A stretch of DNA of 63,117 nucleotides, counting the filler, from Klebsormidium nitens (Eukaryota > Plantae > Klebsormidiophyceae), in assembly GCA_000708835.1 (NCBI GenBank). It is 6 parts of 6 records of this genome, joined end to end, with 100 filler letters (N's around TTAATTAATTAA, not from the genome) between each part and the next. Parts side by side here need not be neighbours in the genome. Positions count along the whole stretch, not along the records: positions 26,215 to 48,420 come from DF237897.1; 5 more parts are not named here. One strand, given 5' to 3'. The position numbers and the translations under genes are program-made. Each line of letters starts with the position of its first letter. Position 1 is the first letter of the stretch. Shown here piece after piece: positions 26,115 through 47,045 of this stretch. The notes beneath the pieces were generated by a model. That model was given only the letters and a program-made list of their open reading frames with translations. It was not told where the DNA came from and did no database searches.

Positions 26115-26214
26115 NNNNNNNNNNNNNNNNNNNNNNNNNNNNNNNNNNNNNNNNNNNNTTAATTAATTAANNNNNNNNNNNNNNNNNNNNNNNNNNNNNN
26201 NNNNNNNNNNNNNN
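26115..26214. other. Artificial contig linker
   Basis: N44-TTAATTAATTAA-N44. Confidence 0.98.
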
Positions 26215-28006
26215 TAAACCCCTGGTCAACCTCCCGGTCGGGCTTAACCTGGCCGATAATCCGCTGTGTACGATCGCCGTTCATCTGAAGGAGAAGAGTG
26301 AGGGTTCTATTAGTTCGACCGTTGCGATTACGGAGAAGCACATTCACTATGCGTGGGTCGGACAAAAAGGGGGGACGCGCGCGGCGCTGTGGGGAATGGT
26401 CCCAATGCTGCCCCCCGCCGCGCGCGCGCGCGAAACGATGGCCGCGATGACGGCGGCAAAGTGGCGCTGCTGGGCAAAATCCAGGAGAAACTGAACCGCA
26501 TGTTCGTGCTTCTCCAAAGGCTGCCGCCCACTTTGCCGCTTGCATAAGCACGGAACCTTCGAAAAGCTCGGAACTCACCCCAACTACGACCGTTCACCGA
26601 GTACACGGACCTTCTGACCGTGTTACGGAGAGCTGACTTTACGAGGCCAGATCAGGTAAAGAAAGTCAGAAAACCGGTCATCACGGCTGTCGACGTACAG
26701 AAATCATTGTTGGAAAAGGCGATACAGAATCCGGCCACGCAAAGGATTGGTCAGTTTTCGCATACAGAAGGAAGAAAACCTTTTCCCCGATGCAAACTTG
26801 TAAACTGTCGTACCTTCAATGCAATAAAGTCACACGTACTGCGTTCAAGATGATATTAGGGTACCGTCATTTTGTAGTAGGGGCGGGGTAGGTATTCTGA
26901 TGGGGGGGAAAGGGGCTTCGCTAATGATCTGCGCTGAGCCGAGGCCTAGGAGGGAGGGGGGGGCTTGAGAACGAGGCAGTCGACGTTGAGAAAAGCGGGA
27001 ACGTTCAGGCTGAGAACAATGCCAAGCTGTTAGCTTTGAGGAGCAATTGTGGAACGGAGATACATGTTACAACGACCTCAGAGCAAGCTGCGCAGGCATC
27101 ACATGCTTGGGACGCACAGGATAAACTGCATCTGCAAGCACATTACAATCTACAGGAGTTGCTAATCATATCATAGTGCTGAGGCAGTCCTTCTTCTAGA
27201 CTTGTGTTTACAATGCAATAGTTAGAGAATGTAAAGGCATGACAAAACTGCCTGGCAGTGGAACTGGGGGAAACCAAGGTTGAGTAAGTTACAAACACCT
27301 TTTGTTTACAATCTGATTTTCTAGAAGAAATTTCCAAGCTTTAAGTTCTCGTCCATGTATTACCAGCTCCAAAGCAGTGAGCTGAGTTTGTTCAGTCAGG
27401 GTGCTTGTCAATCTGGTTGATGCTTGATCCATTGAGAGGTTCAGTTGTGTTGCACGCTTAAAAGTAAACTTCTATGAAACACCTTGGAGATTCTAAATCT
27501 TTCTCTGCAATAAAATGCGGTGTCCTGACTTTTCTGTGGGAGAGGTCGAGCGCGCAATAAATGCTGATGAAGAAAGGGGTGTTTCTATTGCTTTTATGAA
27601 ACTACTTGTTTCCATTCTTACAGCTGATCAAAATGATCCCTTCACATCGTAAGAAGGAGCCTGTGTTGATGACATCGCTTTTGCTGATCATGACATTACA
27701 AAAGTTTTTTTGCGTCATTCTCCTTGACGTCTCTCTCTCAGAAGGAAATTTCCTTCAGGTCCACCTGTTTCACCACCACTCAAATGTAGCAGTTTCAAGG
27801 AAGACTGATTCTTTATTCAAGTGCCTCATCTTACAAACAGAGTCACATTTCATTAACACTAGCGTCCGGCCTGCGTCGAGCTGGTTTTCCATTCTCTTTT
27901 TGACTCACTTCTTCCAGACTTTCCCCTCAGGTCAAGGCCCCGCACACGTCGCTACACCATGCACGGTTGACGCCCCCGCTCCCCGAGCGCTCTTCCCCAC
28001 TGCGCG

Positions 28007-35109
<7,103 letters not shown>

Positions 35110-36846
35110 CTTCGCCAAGGGCTGCCCCGCTGCGGCTGCAGTTGTCCGGGCCGGCAGAATAGGAGTCCGTGTGCCACGGGCAGATAAGGTTTTCTCTTGC
35201 CTTCCAAACACTTGAACGGATTCACTAGCAATTCCACTGGCCTACAAACAGTCGAAACTCGTCATGCTGGAGCCCCGCTATTGCAGAGGATGGGTTTGCT
35301 TATAGATTGCTCCGGGGCATTGTTGACGCCAAAGGACTGTAAGAGGAGCTTAGAGCGCAGCTTGCATGAGCATCGAGTTGTTAAAGATTTGTGGAAGTCA
35401 GTCAGTAATATTATCATTTACAGCTGTCAAACACAGCGCGCTTGTAGTACTGTAAGGCAAGGGTTAAGAAAAGCTTGGTCAGGAGGTTCCTTGTCACGGT
35501 CTACTATCGGAAAGTTTGGTTGCATGATCGGTGCCATGTCAGTAACTCAGTGCTCCTAGCGCAGCTTTCAAGCTAGTCTTAGTATGGTGTGCATCAGAAT
35601 TGATTGTATCTGTACCCGAGCAATCGTACGCTGTAGTATTCCGACTTGGTTGTTGTCATTGTGTCACATTGAAGCTAGTGCCTGCGGATTGCCATGCTGG
35701 CCGGTCATTGGGCTAGTGACGTTCATTGCGCGCGTCCTGAGTTTACTCCGTGTTTCCATATGCAGAACGTGCTGTCTTCATTTCTTATATCGCACTATAG
35801 CTTGCCAGCATAAACAACTGGATTCAATTAGTTTCGAGATCATATGTATAATTTGTGATGTGAAGTTCACGGCCATGTAGAGCTATATTGCCGTACGTTC
35901 CTGCTGGTCGCTCAGTGCTGCCGTTAGTACGTGGCGCGCGGATCCCGCGGCCGTCCGATACAGTGCACAGTACCAACGCGTTGGGCCCGGCCCTGCTGAT
36001 GGCTGCGCGCGCAGCAAGAGGAACCCCTTGCCGTGCACCGGCCAGCCGAGCATTGCATGATCATATACGTTTATATCGATCCATCATCGAAGCATGCTCA
36101 TGATCAGCACATGACCACCGTCTGACGTTATAGTCACGTGGTATGTGGTTTCTCTAAGAGTCATATTGCTGTGCGCGCCGCATGAATCATAAAGCGGCCC
36201 AGCCTGGCACATGCACATGTGAGTACAGTGACCGTCAGCGCCTCATGGCGTGGGCGGCTATGACATGCGGAGGCCGCCTGGTTTGGAGCATCGCCAATTT
36301 ACCGAGTGTGTACAACTTAACTGAGACCAGTAGGCCGGTATAGTCGGACAGTTTGCCTAGGCGATATCTCCCTCTACCGCCGTGTCTTCTATCTAGCTGT
36401 GACCGCGTATACCATATTGGAGTGACTGCAGACGTGTATCGTATGTACCATGGGAGACCAATTAGCGCCCGGGTGCCCATCCTTGATCCCTGACTCATAT
36501 AGTGACACGAAAAGTTAACATTGTCCTTATATTGTACATTGCTTTATCCTTTCTTGGGCCGCACCTCAGGCAAGCGCAGCTGTACTTATTGTCGAAGCGT
36601 TTGGCCTATAGGCAGTTTTAGTCGCTGCTAGATCTCGTTCGCATGTGGCCGAATTGCCCCCGGAACCCGATTAGTTGGACGTAGTGCGGTGAACTTGTAT
36701 ACACTGTTCTTCCTATGTGTAAAATATAAAAATGCTGGCAAGATTGGCGGCCGCGCGGCTACTAAAATCAGAGTGCCCAAGCAATCCTATCCATATTTCT
36801 GAACGCGGAGCTGACGCAGCAGTATGAAGTCGAGCTTTCGTTACCC

Positions 36847-39800
36847 TTATTTATGCTTTTGTGTTCTTGTATACAATGTGCTGTCAATGGGCAAAAGCCA
36901 GAGTCGCAAGGCCCGAAGGTGGATTATCTTATCAAGACCGTGGATATACCTGCACACAAAAGGCGGGGTCAAGGAGGAGCAAACGGAATTCTAGAGAGTA
37001 ACATCGGTTCAAAAGAACCTTGACCTAAAATATTTGGATCCTTCGTCCAATTGATGTAGTGCCTGAGACACGAGTTGCCACCGGAGTTGATCCACGTTCG
37101 CGAAGGAAGCAATCTTATCAATCCCGCTTTTTCACAAAAGGACTTCGCAACCCACTGTCTACTGGAAAGAAGTTAAATTCCCTGGTTATCTATAGATGAA
37201 CGTGGTTCTGGAGTCGAGAGTTGTGTCTGGGGCTCCAACAATTCAACCACAGTAATGCAAAAAGCAAAGCCCGCAGGATCTAAGCACGAGTGCAAGTAAA
37301 GCAACAACAGAAGAAGTAAAAATCAAAGTTGGGTTCGAGACGAAGATTGTGAACTTCAAGTTGACCGGAGAAAAGATCCGAAAGCAGAGCAGGATACACG
37401 AATCCGCGAACCAATTGAAATGTTAAGGCAGATTCAACCCAAAAACCTGGAAACCCTAAAAGTCTGGAACTCCAAGCAATCAAAAACATTTCCACACGGC
37501 ACCCACCCGCAGTGCACAATTACGCTGTCCACCGGCAGGCCCAGCCTCCGGCGCGCCCTGAGCGTATTCACATTGTGGAACTTCTCCAGCGGCAGCAGCC
37601 GGAACTTGAGTCCCGCCAGCTTGCGCCGCCGCTCGCGAGGGGGGGGTGCGTCCAGCAGCGCACGGCGGGGGGGGAAGACGAAGCGCCGGCGGCGCTCGTC
37701 GGCAGAGAGAAACGGGAGGACCTCCGTCTGCCACATGGCCTGCTCCCAGAAGCCGGGCTGCCGGGAGAGGTGGAAGACCTGCCACGCGACACGGTGACGT
37801 CAGCACGAGAGGGCTTTCGCGTTTACAGCATGAGGATTGCGAGGTGAGCGACGTGGGGCGTGGTAGATGACGTCGGTACGAACGGCGCCAAGTGCTTCAG
37901 ACAAGTTTGACATCCAAGGATTACATCGCTTGAAGCAAGGAAGTATCAGGCGAAAATCAAGAAGCGGTGTGGAACCAATAGAGTGGATATTGCTAAGTGG
38001 CTCCCACACGCTGCGCTCACAAACGAAACCAATGCACTGATTGCCCGTAAGTCTTACCGGTGCCCCCAAAGCTTGTTATTTTCCAGCGGAAATCAAACAT
38101 AGACCGTTCGACATTAAAAGACCGAACCGCTCAAAGAATGAAACGCCGCACAGTTACGCAATAGGCACGGTCGGGACCCATTGTCGCGGGAGTCGCCGCG
38201 TAGCTCCCCCGCCTGGCGCACACATATTGGGGAGCTTTGATAGTCCGTTGTCTGATCCGGTGAAAATGAAGACCAGGAGCGTGAAGCTTATAAACCAATC
38301 CCCAAAACCAAGTATGACGGGCAGAAACGAGGAAGGAGAGGACCCACCGCCGCCGAATTCTGCGACGTACCTCGCGCGAGTTGCACGCACAAAAAGCGGG
38401 TGCATTGGTAGTCGTGTCCCCGAACTTGTCAGTTCCGGCGGAAAGGTAAAGTGGACCGTTTGAATCTGAAAAGGCGATGATCAGAACCAAGCGCAAGACG
38501 AGACAAGAAGCGTCAGAACCTACCATAGCCGATATCGCGGCGTAGCTTGCGCGCGTCGCGCGCACGAACATGACGCCCGTGCTCATGCACGGCCAGTTGG
38601 TGAAATAGTCGCCCAACGTCACCAGCGGACAAATGGCGCCGCTCTCGTTGTGGTAGTCCGACACCTCCGCCGGCTCGAGCCCGCCGTTCATGTCGTACAG
38701 CCCCTGCATGCCACGTGGCACATTCTCAGCCCTACCTTCTGACGCCGCGTGTTAAGCTGGCGCTCGAGAGCTTGAACGTATGGATTTTCGTGCGGACTAT
38801 CAAGCGGATCGATCGACCACGTGCCATTATACTTCATAAGCTAGACCTTGTTTTCATGTCCCATGTTTCATCCTCGAAGGGCATGCCTAATCCATCTGAC
38901 GACATTCGCAAGGGAGACCCGAATGAGTCACGGACAGGTGTCACTTCTTTAGTCGACAATGCGTCCTTAGGGTGCCCATTCCCTCGGCGAGAGTGACGCA
39001 AATCTTTCTCCGTGTCGGTCACAACTTTAGGGTCGAAGGACTGATAGTGCGGATTCAAATCGTGGAAGTACTTCTCTGAACACGGTCCTAATCGAGGAGA
39101 TTCCACAACACAGTTGAGTGTCATCACCTTTCGCCTACATAGCGGGTACACAGAGCAGGATCAAACTCTATCTTTTCTCATTTCAAGTTTCTCCAATTCA
39201 CAGAACGAGACCCGCTCAAGGCACTCCGATCGACACCTATGCGAGTGCTTTCACCAGTGCAGTAGAGCACGTGGCATCAGTTTTGCTTACCTGAATGTCG
39301 AACGCCCTGTCCCAATGCTGGAATGGATCCTGCGAAGCAGAGCAAAGCTTGCTTGGTTTCTAGAACCCAAACATTGTCGTTGGTGCCAGCCGTTCAAACA
39401 GCAATCTTACAGTGGGTGCCGCTCCTCTCTTGCATGTCTGAGATTAACCGGAAACCGAAACTGGATGCCTCTGTCCGCTTGTCTCATTCCGAATCATCTT
39501 ATCTTTCAAGAGTCGAAACCCAAAAGCATAAGCACCTAATTCGTCGTATAATGCTCTGTTTGGCGACGACTGTCCTCACGATCCTGCTCTTTGAAGCCAG
39601 GTCTTCTGATCCGGCTGAAGAGAACGTTATAAGCCGCATACTTTCGCTTTTATAATTTTCAAAATTCTTATAGTTCGCACCTCGATTGCACACTTTTCAG
39701 TTCGTGCTGGTCAACGTATCACTTTGACTGTCCTTCCGTGATATGGGGCTTAGGAAGTACAGAGACGTAAACGCCCCTTCGACCTTCTGAAGACATCTCA

Positions 39801-42167
39801 TTGGAGCAACCTCAAGTTTCTCAACCTTCTAGTTGCAAAACACCGGGGTTAAGTCGGGTAGTTAAGTAACCCGGCCTCACCTGGAGCACGACGGCGTCAT
39901 TGTCCAAAAAGATGGGGTGGTAACCGCGGGCCACAATCTGCTGGAGGTAGAACCACTTTAACCCCACCTGTAACCACAAAAATAACTTGCATTCAAAATC
40001 TGCAGTTTATGACTTAACTGTTGAAATTTTCGGTTTCGTCCCTCCTTTTTGAGACAAGGGGAGTGCGATAGCGAGCCGAAAGATGCGTGTCTCACCAGCT
40101 CAATCCCTGTTGGCAAATCACCGTCTGCAATGCTCGGAACTTTACCGGTCAAAGGAACATGATGGATACATAGATATTACGTCTCGACATTATGTCTCAC
40201 CAACAGACTTGACCAACTAGGCTGACGATCTTTCTCTATTACTCAGATGATCTGAGTTGAAAGCTGCTACGATCGCACTCGCTCCGTCTGGCAGCAAGCT
40301 TTCTTACAACGCTTACTGACAAGATTAACAGCTCAGATGAAAAGGAATATGCCCACTATACCCTCAGTGCACAAAGTCCAACAGCCCAATCAAATAACAA
40401 CAGTGCCCTCACTCTGGCACACTCCCGTTTGGCCCCATTTGGTTTTCAGGCTTTGGCGGCCCCCTCTTGCAGGGGGAGGTTACCCCCTTCCTAACCACTT
40501 TGGTTTGCAACTCCCCCAAGGCTAAACCCCCTGAACTTTCACAGCACATTTATAGGTCCCAAAAAACCCAAAGAGACTTTTACTCCAGGAAAAGTGAAGT
40601 TTCCCACCTGCCTTCCCCTGTAAAACTTGGCGTCTGGCATCCACCCCAGCTCGTCTTCGTAGCAGGGAATCCCCACCTCGCGCGTCATCTCGCACGCGAG
40701 CTCATCGGTCCCCACGATCAAAAAGTTGGATATGTTCTGCCGCCGCAAGTGGCCCACCCAGTTGAGATTCCACGCCGTCATGCCGTATCGGCGCTCGACG
40801 TCTTCGTCTTCGTACTGGCCGGAGATTGTGGTGATGATAAGCTCCCGATGATCGTTGCTGATGTTGCCGAGCACGCTGCAAAGAGACCGAGGGATATGCG
40901 CTGTGATTGACAGCATAGCTTATGGCCGTTCACAATGCCAGGCTTCCAAAGGACTGACAACAGAGATGCACTTGCTGTCGTTGTTGCTCACCCGAGAAAA
41001 CGAGCACGGAGGACAGTGATGGGGGGGATGCACAAGTGCGTCATGTTGATTCATTTCCCATGCTCCAGTCCATTTTCAGAGTGGTTCAGATCGGATTGCC
41101 CAATGATTGTCAGAGGATTTTCTTTGAGGGGCTAGATAGTGGTCTGCAGGGCCTTAAGAGTGCACCCCTGTTGGTCGGCCCTCACAGCGGTGCAAAGTAA
41201 CATGGAATAAGTTGATTGCCTTTACTCGAAGTTTGCTTCAGAGAAAGTGTTGCTCATAACAGCTTGTCAGTTTGAAACGAGAAAGGATTTAGCTTCTCAC
41301 GCTTGAAAAGACAGAGGCGCTCCATTTGTACATTGCCACTGCTTCTGAGAAGCTCCAAATTCAGAACTTAAGCTCAAGCACATTGCTAGAGCTCACAGTC
41401 TGTCCAGATTGTTTTGCAAGGTCAGCTGGCCCTTCCCCAAAAGGGAAAGCACAAAGCGAAGCAGGTGCTATTAACCCTCTGAGAAAACTTTTGTGTATGA
41501 CGACAATCAGGTGTGCACATAAATTCCAAGAAACTTCTCTTCAACGATTTCCAGCCTGTGTGAGGCAGCAGGAGAAGAGCAACTGGAAAGATCAACACAC
41601 CTCACGGTCTCTGGTCTTATTGAAAGTAGGAGTCAAGACATTGACCCCTTGAAATACTTGTGAGTCTAACGAACTAATCTGCCAGCCTCATGCCGACAGG
41701 AGGAGTGCCCCAGCAGACAAGTAGGCAATGCTATATCAGTTTTCAACAGAAGCAGCTACATATCACAGCATTGGACAAGCCCATTCAAACACTGCTGCCT
41801 TTTTAGCCAGAAACCAGCTGACTTTAGATCTCAGGCGTGAGTCTGTTTTTCCAATTTACGAGGTCATGGGCCCCTCTACAGCAACTGCTCACCTATCTAT
41901 GTTCTCCCAGGTGATCACATGCTCCTGCACTGCCGCTGATTCTGGTGTCTCGTACACCATCTGTTGCATAGTTGACATAAGACTATGCGTCGTAAGCTTC
42001 AGGCTCTGCAGGGAGTTGCTCCACCACAGCAGAAGAAACACACACGCTACTGTCGGAACGGAGGTGATGGCCGCCTTCCCAGGCCCCAAAACCCCCCTGC
42101 ATGCATGCATTTTGCTTTGCAACAAGCTAACGTCATCGCACATGTCAGCAGAGGCGCCGCCGCACAT
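36847..42167 (-). CDS. Nucleotide-diphospho-sugar transferase (GT77/RRA-XEG113-like), type II membrane protein; 7 exons, ~407 aa
   Basis: Exons 42167-41893 (alternative Mets at 42143 and 42110), 40875-40608, 39967-39881, 39329-39291, 38703-38524, 37778-37507 and 36949-36847, phase-consistent (1224 nt). TM segment VPTVACVFLLLWW; RELIITT; DxD motif FLDNDAVVLQ/DPF; STGVMFVRAT; WEQ; VIVHCGYIHG..K. Confidence 0.85.
37970..38430 (-). repeat. Three decaying copies of the 3' end plus donor region of GT77 exon 5 in the following intron
   Basis: The exon end FVRATRASYAAISAM|GTAGGT is echoed as FVRATRARYVAEF (~38430-38340), YVCARRGSYAATPATMG (~38260-38170) and FVCERSVWEPLSNIHSIGS (~38040-37970). Confidence 0.7.
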
Positions 42168-43050
42168 GCTTCCTGCGGAAGCTGAGCGGCGGAGTTTCGA
42201 ACGACTGCTTTCCAACTGGGGGCCCTGGCATTGCAAACATTCAGCAGCGTGACTGCCAATGCGTAATCTTCGTGAGGACCAAGGGATGCTAAGCTTTGAA
42301 CACTTCAAGGAGCCGTCTTTGGGGGACTCGCTACAAGCCGCTCGCAGGGCTGGCTTCTCCCAGGGAGCGGCTCCTGCCTTGGTGGTCCCCAGCTTTCCCG
42401 ATCAACAGACATTCCAGTTTTCTGTACCCCTTCCCACACACCTCTGGCAGCTTTATTATGCGGCGCTAGAAACGAGAAGGGAGCCACAATTGCAGTAGCC
42501 TGTCAAAGATTCGCACCAAGTCTAGTAGGAAGGAGAAGATGGCTGCGAGCTGAAATTATCAAAATGCTAGAAATTGATTCACTTCTGACTACCTAATAGG
42601 TCAGCTTGCGGTTAGCCAATATGGGTTCGCAATGAAGAAGTGACGGTTTTGCCGCCGGTCTCCCGCGCGGGTCGGCGGCTCAATCCCAGGTCTGCATTTG
42701 CCGGCATACCGCTTGTTAACCGTTCCCTCTATTCGCGGTCCCATAAAAGGTTTAAAAGTGTTCGCAAACCCTTGTGCAAAGCATGCCAAAACTTCAAAAA
42801 GGATGAGCTGGCGCTGCATGATGCCAATGCCATGGCTGCTGACTCCTGGACCTCCTGTCACTGATGAAGATGTGTTGGGCTTCATGTGCAGCTCGCTGAA
42901 TCAGCTGCAACCTTGAATGACGCTGATACCCTGGGCTTGCGCACTTATTGTAGAGCACTTTCCTGAGAGGGCCACAACGTCCGAGCTACCTCTTCTGCGG
43001 CGAGGAACAAAACCATGCTGGTTTGATTTGAGTGCTTTCGAGCGTGATCA

Positions 43051-46000
43051 ATGGCTTCCAGGGTCCCTCTGAGCGGGCTCGCAGCTTTAGGTGGACTGAA
43101 AGACCTCCTGTCTCCAAGCACACAGTCCGGGGGGTTGGTACAACCAAAGGTCTCCAGGCCAGAAGATGACTGCGCTAATTCTGGCAGTAAAGAGACTGGG
43201 AGTCGAGAATGTCAGGGAAACCCTCCAGAGTCAATGCCACGCAATGCTGAAAGCGCTGAGAAAAGCAGCAAGAAGGCAATCGATGCAGAGCAGTTGAAGG
43301 CGCTCGGCAATGCAGCGTTCGCTCGTAAAGATTATGATGCAGCTGTTGAGTACTACTCTCAGGCGCTCGACATAGACAATGAAAATGCAATCTTGTACGC
43401 CAATAGAGGTCAGGCTCTGCTCAACCAAGTTCGCTATGTGAGCGCCCTCGACGATGCTAATCGCGCGGTTAGCCTCAACCCAACCTGGTGGAAGGCGCAT
43501 GCGAAGAGGGCCCAAGCGTCCGTGGCGCTCGGACACTTTCAGTCTGCGGTGGAGGCCTCAGAGGAAGCGCTAAAGCTGCAGCCACACGACTCTGCACTGA
43601 AGAAGTACCTGGCGGATACAAATGCTCAGGTGCTTACTCATGACGCTGCTGAAGGTTTCAGACTTGCATTTGGTTCTCTCCCTCACATGTTTGTGACTTA
43701 CAGAATCCAGCGAGACTCTTACTTTGGGGACAGTCTAAGACTTCAGAAACATTCGGTGTTTGCCTGGTGCTGTCAAAGAGTAGTGGTAGCGAGCAGTGTC
43801 ACAACAAAGTCAACACTAAGGTTCAGGTGTAATCAGGGTTCAGGTTGTGATGCTTCTCTTGTGGACCAACTCTGTGATAACTGGGTTCGCAGCCTGCTTC
43901 ACATTTCAGCGACTGGCCCCAGGGGCCCCTTTCTTTTGTTAAGGACAAAGTCTTCTTGGAAAAATGTCAAGCACGAGGGCAAATTTCTTGATTTGGTGGC
44001 CGCCAACCGCACTGCAACTTAATGAAGCTAGCTCTCTTGCCAGACAACAGGCGAGCCTTGCAAGGCTTCGCAAAGCGCTTGGGCCACCACAATTATGAAT
44101 ATATATGCAGGCTATATCAATTAGAGTACGTTGACTGAGCCCACTAGCTGGGTTATGTATATATGTGAGATATATCCACAAATTGCAAGTTGTAGATATG
44201 ATGATCTGGTCATATCATTCTGCAGCTCCGGTTGTGGAAGAGCAAGTCGGATCCACAGAGGATAAGCTTTCCCGGCTGGGAGGAAACACGAGCTGACATT
44301 CTGAGCACCATCGACATCGATAAGCAAGTCAACATCAGCCTGACAACTGCGGGAGGGAAGACGGTGTCGAGAAAGACAGGCCTCAACTATCTTCACCAGG
44401 TATGTTAATTGCAATATTCCCCGTCACAATCCCCTGCGGATTGTGTCCGTCTATGGGGGCGTGAAATTGTTTCTCTCTGAAGGCTCTGTACATTGCACTT
44501 TCAGGCATGAGCTCTTACAAGCCAAGTCGTCCGGCTTCCCTCGGTCGAAGTCCCTCTAGCTCACTTTCAAGAACCGGCTGAAAAGTGCTGCACCGCAATC
44601 AGCTCAAGCACAGTCATGTCGGCCGGTCCCTCGTTCCCTGAACGATGATGAGCACCTCTGCCAACAACGTTTTGCAGCTTCTCGATCAAGGTTTGTGACA
44701 CACCGGGAATCCACAGTACCCGTCCAGGCTTGACAGAAGTCCCCGAAATCGTCGACTTCATCATTGGCACACAGTTCCAACCTATCTCGGAGTGTCCATC
44801 AGACAGCGTATTGGACTAGCCAGGAATGTGTTCCTGTGCCAAATTGGGTACTCAATACACCGAAGAGCGATACAGGCTTGCCTTTTGCAGGGCTGCTTGA
44901 AGTCGGATGACTTGAATGATTGGTCGACATTGAGGTTTTTAGAAAACTGCAAAAGTTCGTAGATTTCCCTCTTGACCTGCAGGCAGTCCTTGGGGGCGAC
45001 CTCCCCCTAGTTGTCGACATAGCGCGCCTCGGCGCCGGCCTCAACGTCAAAACCTCCACCCTCTACCCCTGCACCGCCCTCTTTCTCGCAATTACCACCA
45101 AAGCCCGCGCTGCCGAAAACCCGCTTACCCCCCTCGAACTCGCCCGAGCGATCCCCGATCTAAAAGGCCAGGCTCTTAGCGAAGCTCTAGAGGTGCATTA
45201 CTACTCAACCGGGCTCGGGGGGAACACGCAGTTGGTCGTAGCAGAGTATCTTCTCGCCCTGGGGGCAGATACTGAGGCAAAGAGCGCGGAAAACGACCCC
45301 CTGTTTCCGGGGATGACCCCCCTCGCGGCGGCGGCGGAGCAGCGAGACTGGGAAGCCTGCGATCTGCTGCTGAAGTTCGGCGCGGATCCGAAAGCCACCG
45401 TTTCGGGGGGGTCTTCTAAAGGCCGTTCGGTGGAAGACCTCGTCTCGGGAGAGGATCCAAATCGGACGCCCGAATCAGCCGCCCGAATGGAAGAGCTACT
45501 GTCCGGTTTGAACGTCGTCGAGCTTCACCGGGGCACGAACGGACAACCGAGCCTCGTCGAGCACGTTTCCCGGGCAGATCTGGACCGCGAGCAACGGGAG
45601 AGGGTTTCGAGGTTTCGGGCGCTCGTCGAGCGTCGCGGCCGCGACCCGCGGCCGCCCGTTCTGTGCCGCTGTGGGAGCCGCGCGCCGGTGCTTGAGTGCC
45701 ACGGGCGGGGTTTGGAGGGTTTGGACGCGGGGGCGGTGCTGCGGCGGCTGTCCCCTGGTGCGCCCTGCCCGTGCCAGCGGCCAGGGATCACGTATGAAGA
45801 TTGCTGCTGGAAGACTCAGGTAAGCAATGCGCAGACGAATCTGGCACGGCTCTGTTTCAACCTTTGATGAGATAACTTATTGAGTTTCCCGCCTTTCAAA
45901 TCCGTACAACAAGCGGTGATCAATACGAGCTTGCTACTGGAACTCTCAGGTAAACGATGCCCCAACGGTTGACACTGCTTATGTTGACAGAGGTCGTGCT

Positions 46001-47045
46001 TTTGATGGCGGAACTTGTCCCCCGTTTGAAATTCGTACGACGGGTGGGGATCACATACGAGCATTTCTGCTGGGAGACTTAAGTAAGAGCACAGCGTATT
46101 CAGGATTGGCTCTGGTTTTATTCACAAAGGTCGTGTTTTCGAGGGTACGAAAGGTTGGCTCTTCTCTGCATTTTGGCGACGTTGGAGAGTGCGTATGACG
46201 GGTGCTGTTGGAAGACTCAGCCAGGCGCCCATTTGACCGGTTTATGTTCTTAGAGGGGGCCTGGTTTGCGGCTAAAGCAAAAGCTACAATCATCGATTTT
46301 GCGTTGCTGCTGTTCGAAGACTCAGGTGTGCGTCGATTGACCGGTTGGTCTTTTCGAAGAGGGCCCCTATACTGCGTTGCTGGGGGTGTCATCGAGTAAC
46401 GAAGATCGACTTCGTGTTGCTGTTAGGATCGGAACACCAGACAGTCATTCGGCGACTGTAAACGCCAAGGCAGTCGGTCATTGGAAGGGACGCGTCGTTT
46501 AGCAGTGTTTTAAAAGTAGGCTGAATGCTTCTCCCTTAAAATCCCTGTTGAGAGTATCAGGTTGCTGTTTTATTGCGTTGGAAAAAGGCAACCACTCTGG
46601 CTGGTAAGTTGATATGATTGCCACGAGATTGCGAAACTGCACCCCTTTTCACAACAGGGAGACAATGGTTTTGCATGCAGTTGTATGGCACCCCCTGAGA
46701 GGCCCCCCGCGGCAACAACCAACACATTTTCGATAAGCCCTCGGAGCCGTTCAAGTGTCTGAAGATGTCCAGCCTGTCAACCATTGTCTTGGGGAACCTG
46801 ACTTCTTCTTATTTAGAATAGGTACATCAAGCTCAAGTTAGAATAAGAACGAAGCTAACCCTGAAAATCTTAACCCAGATAATCGCCCGCTCCACACCTG
46901 TAAACACCCTAACCCCCATACTAACCCTACCCGGACGTTGGCTTGAGCTCACTATACAGAACGATCTGACTTTTCCCTCCGACCTCCTTTCTGCGCAGGA
47001 CTGGGTGCTCGACGACGACACCGGGTCGGTACTGAACATTCGGAG
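43051..47045 (+). CDS. TPR + ankyrin-repeat + two SEC-C-like Cys motif protein; 3' end unresolved
   Basis: Exons 43051-43629 (three TPRs: AEQLKALGNAAFARKDYDAAVEYYSQAL...), 44226-44399, 44983-45819 (LHQAVLGGD; MTPLAAAAEQRDWEACDLLLKFGADP; CRCGSRAPVLECHG; CPCQRPGITYEDCC) and probably 46999-47045. Later exons were not determined. Confidence 0.75.
45905..46330 (+). repeat. Four decaying copies of the 3' end plus donor of TPR-ANK exon 3
   Basis: True donor at 45820 (TGCTGCTGGAAGACTCAG|GTAAG); echoes at 45950, 46083, ~46221 (GT lost) and 46326. The 46047-46087 copy matches 45784-45824 at 33/41 nt. Confidence 0.85.

Noticed and set aside
26215-26547. Coding-like sequence at the start of piece 3
   Set aside because: Needs a frameshift to join, matches no known motif and is truncated by the contig edge.
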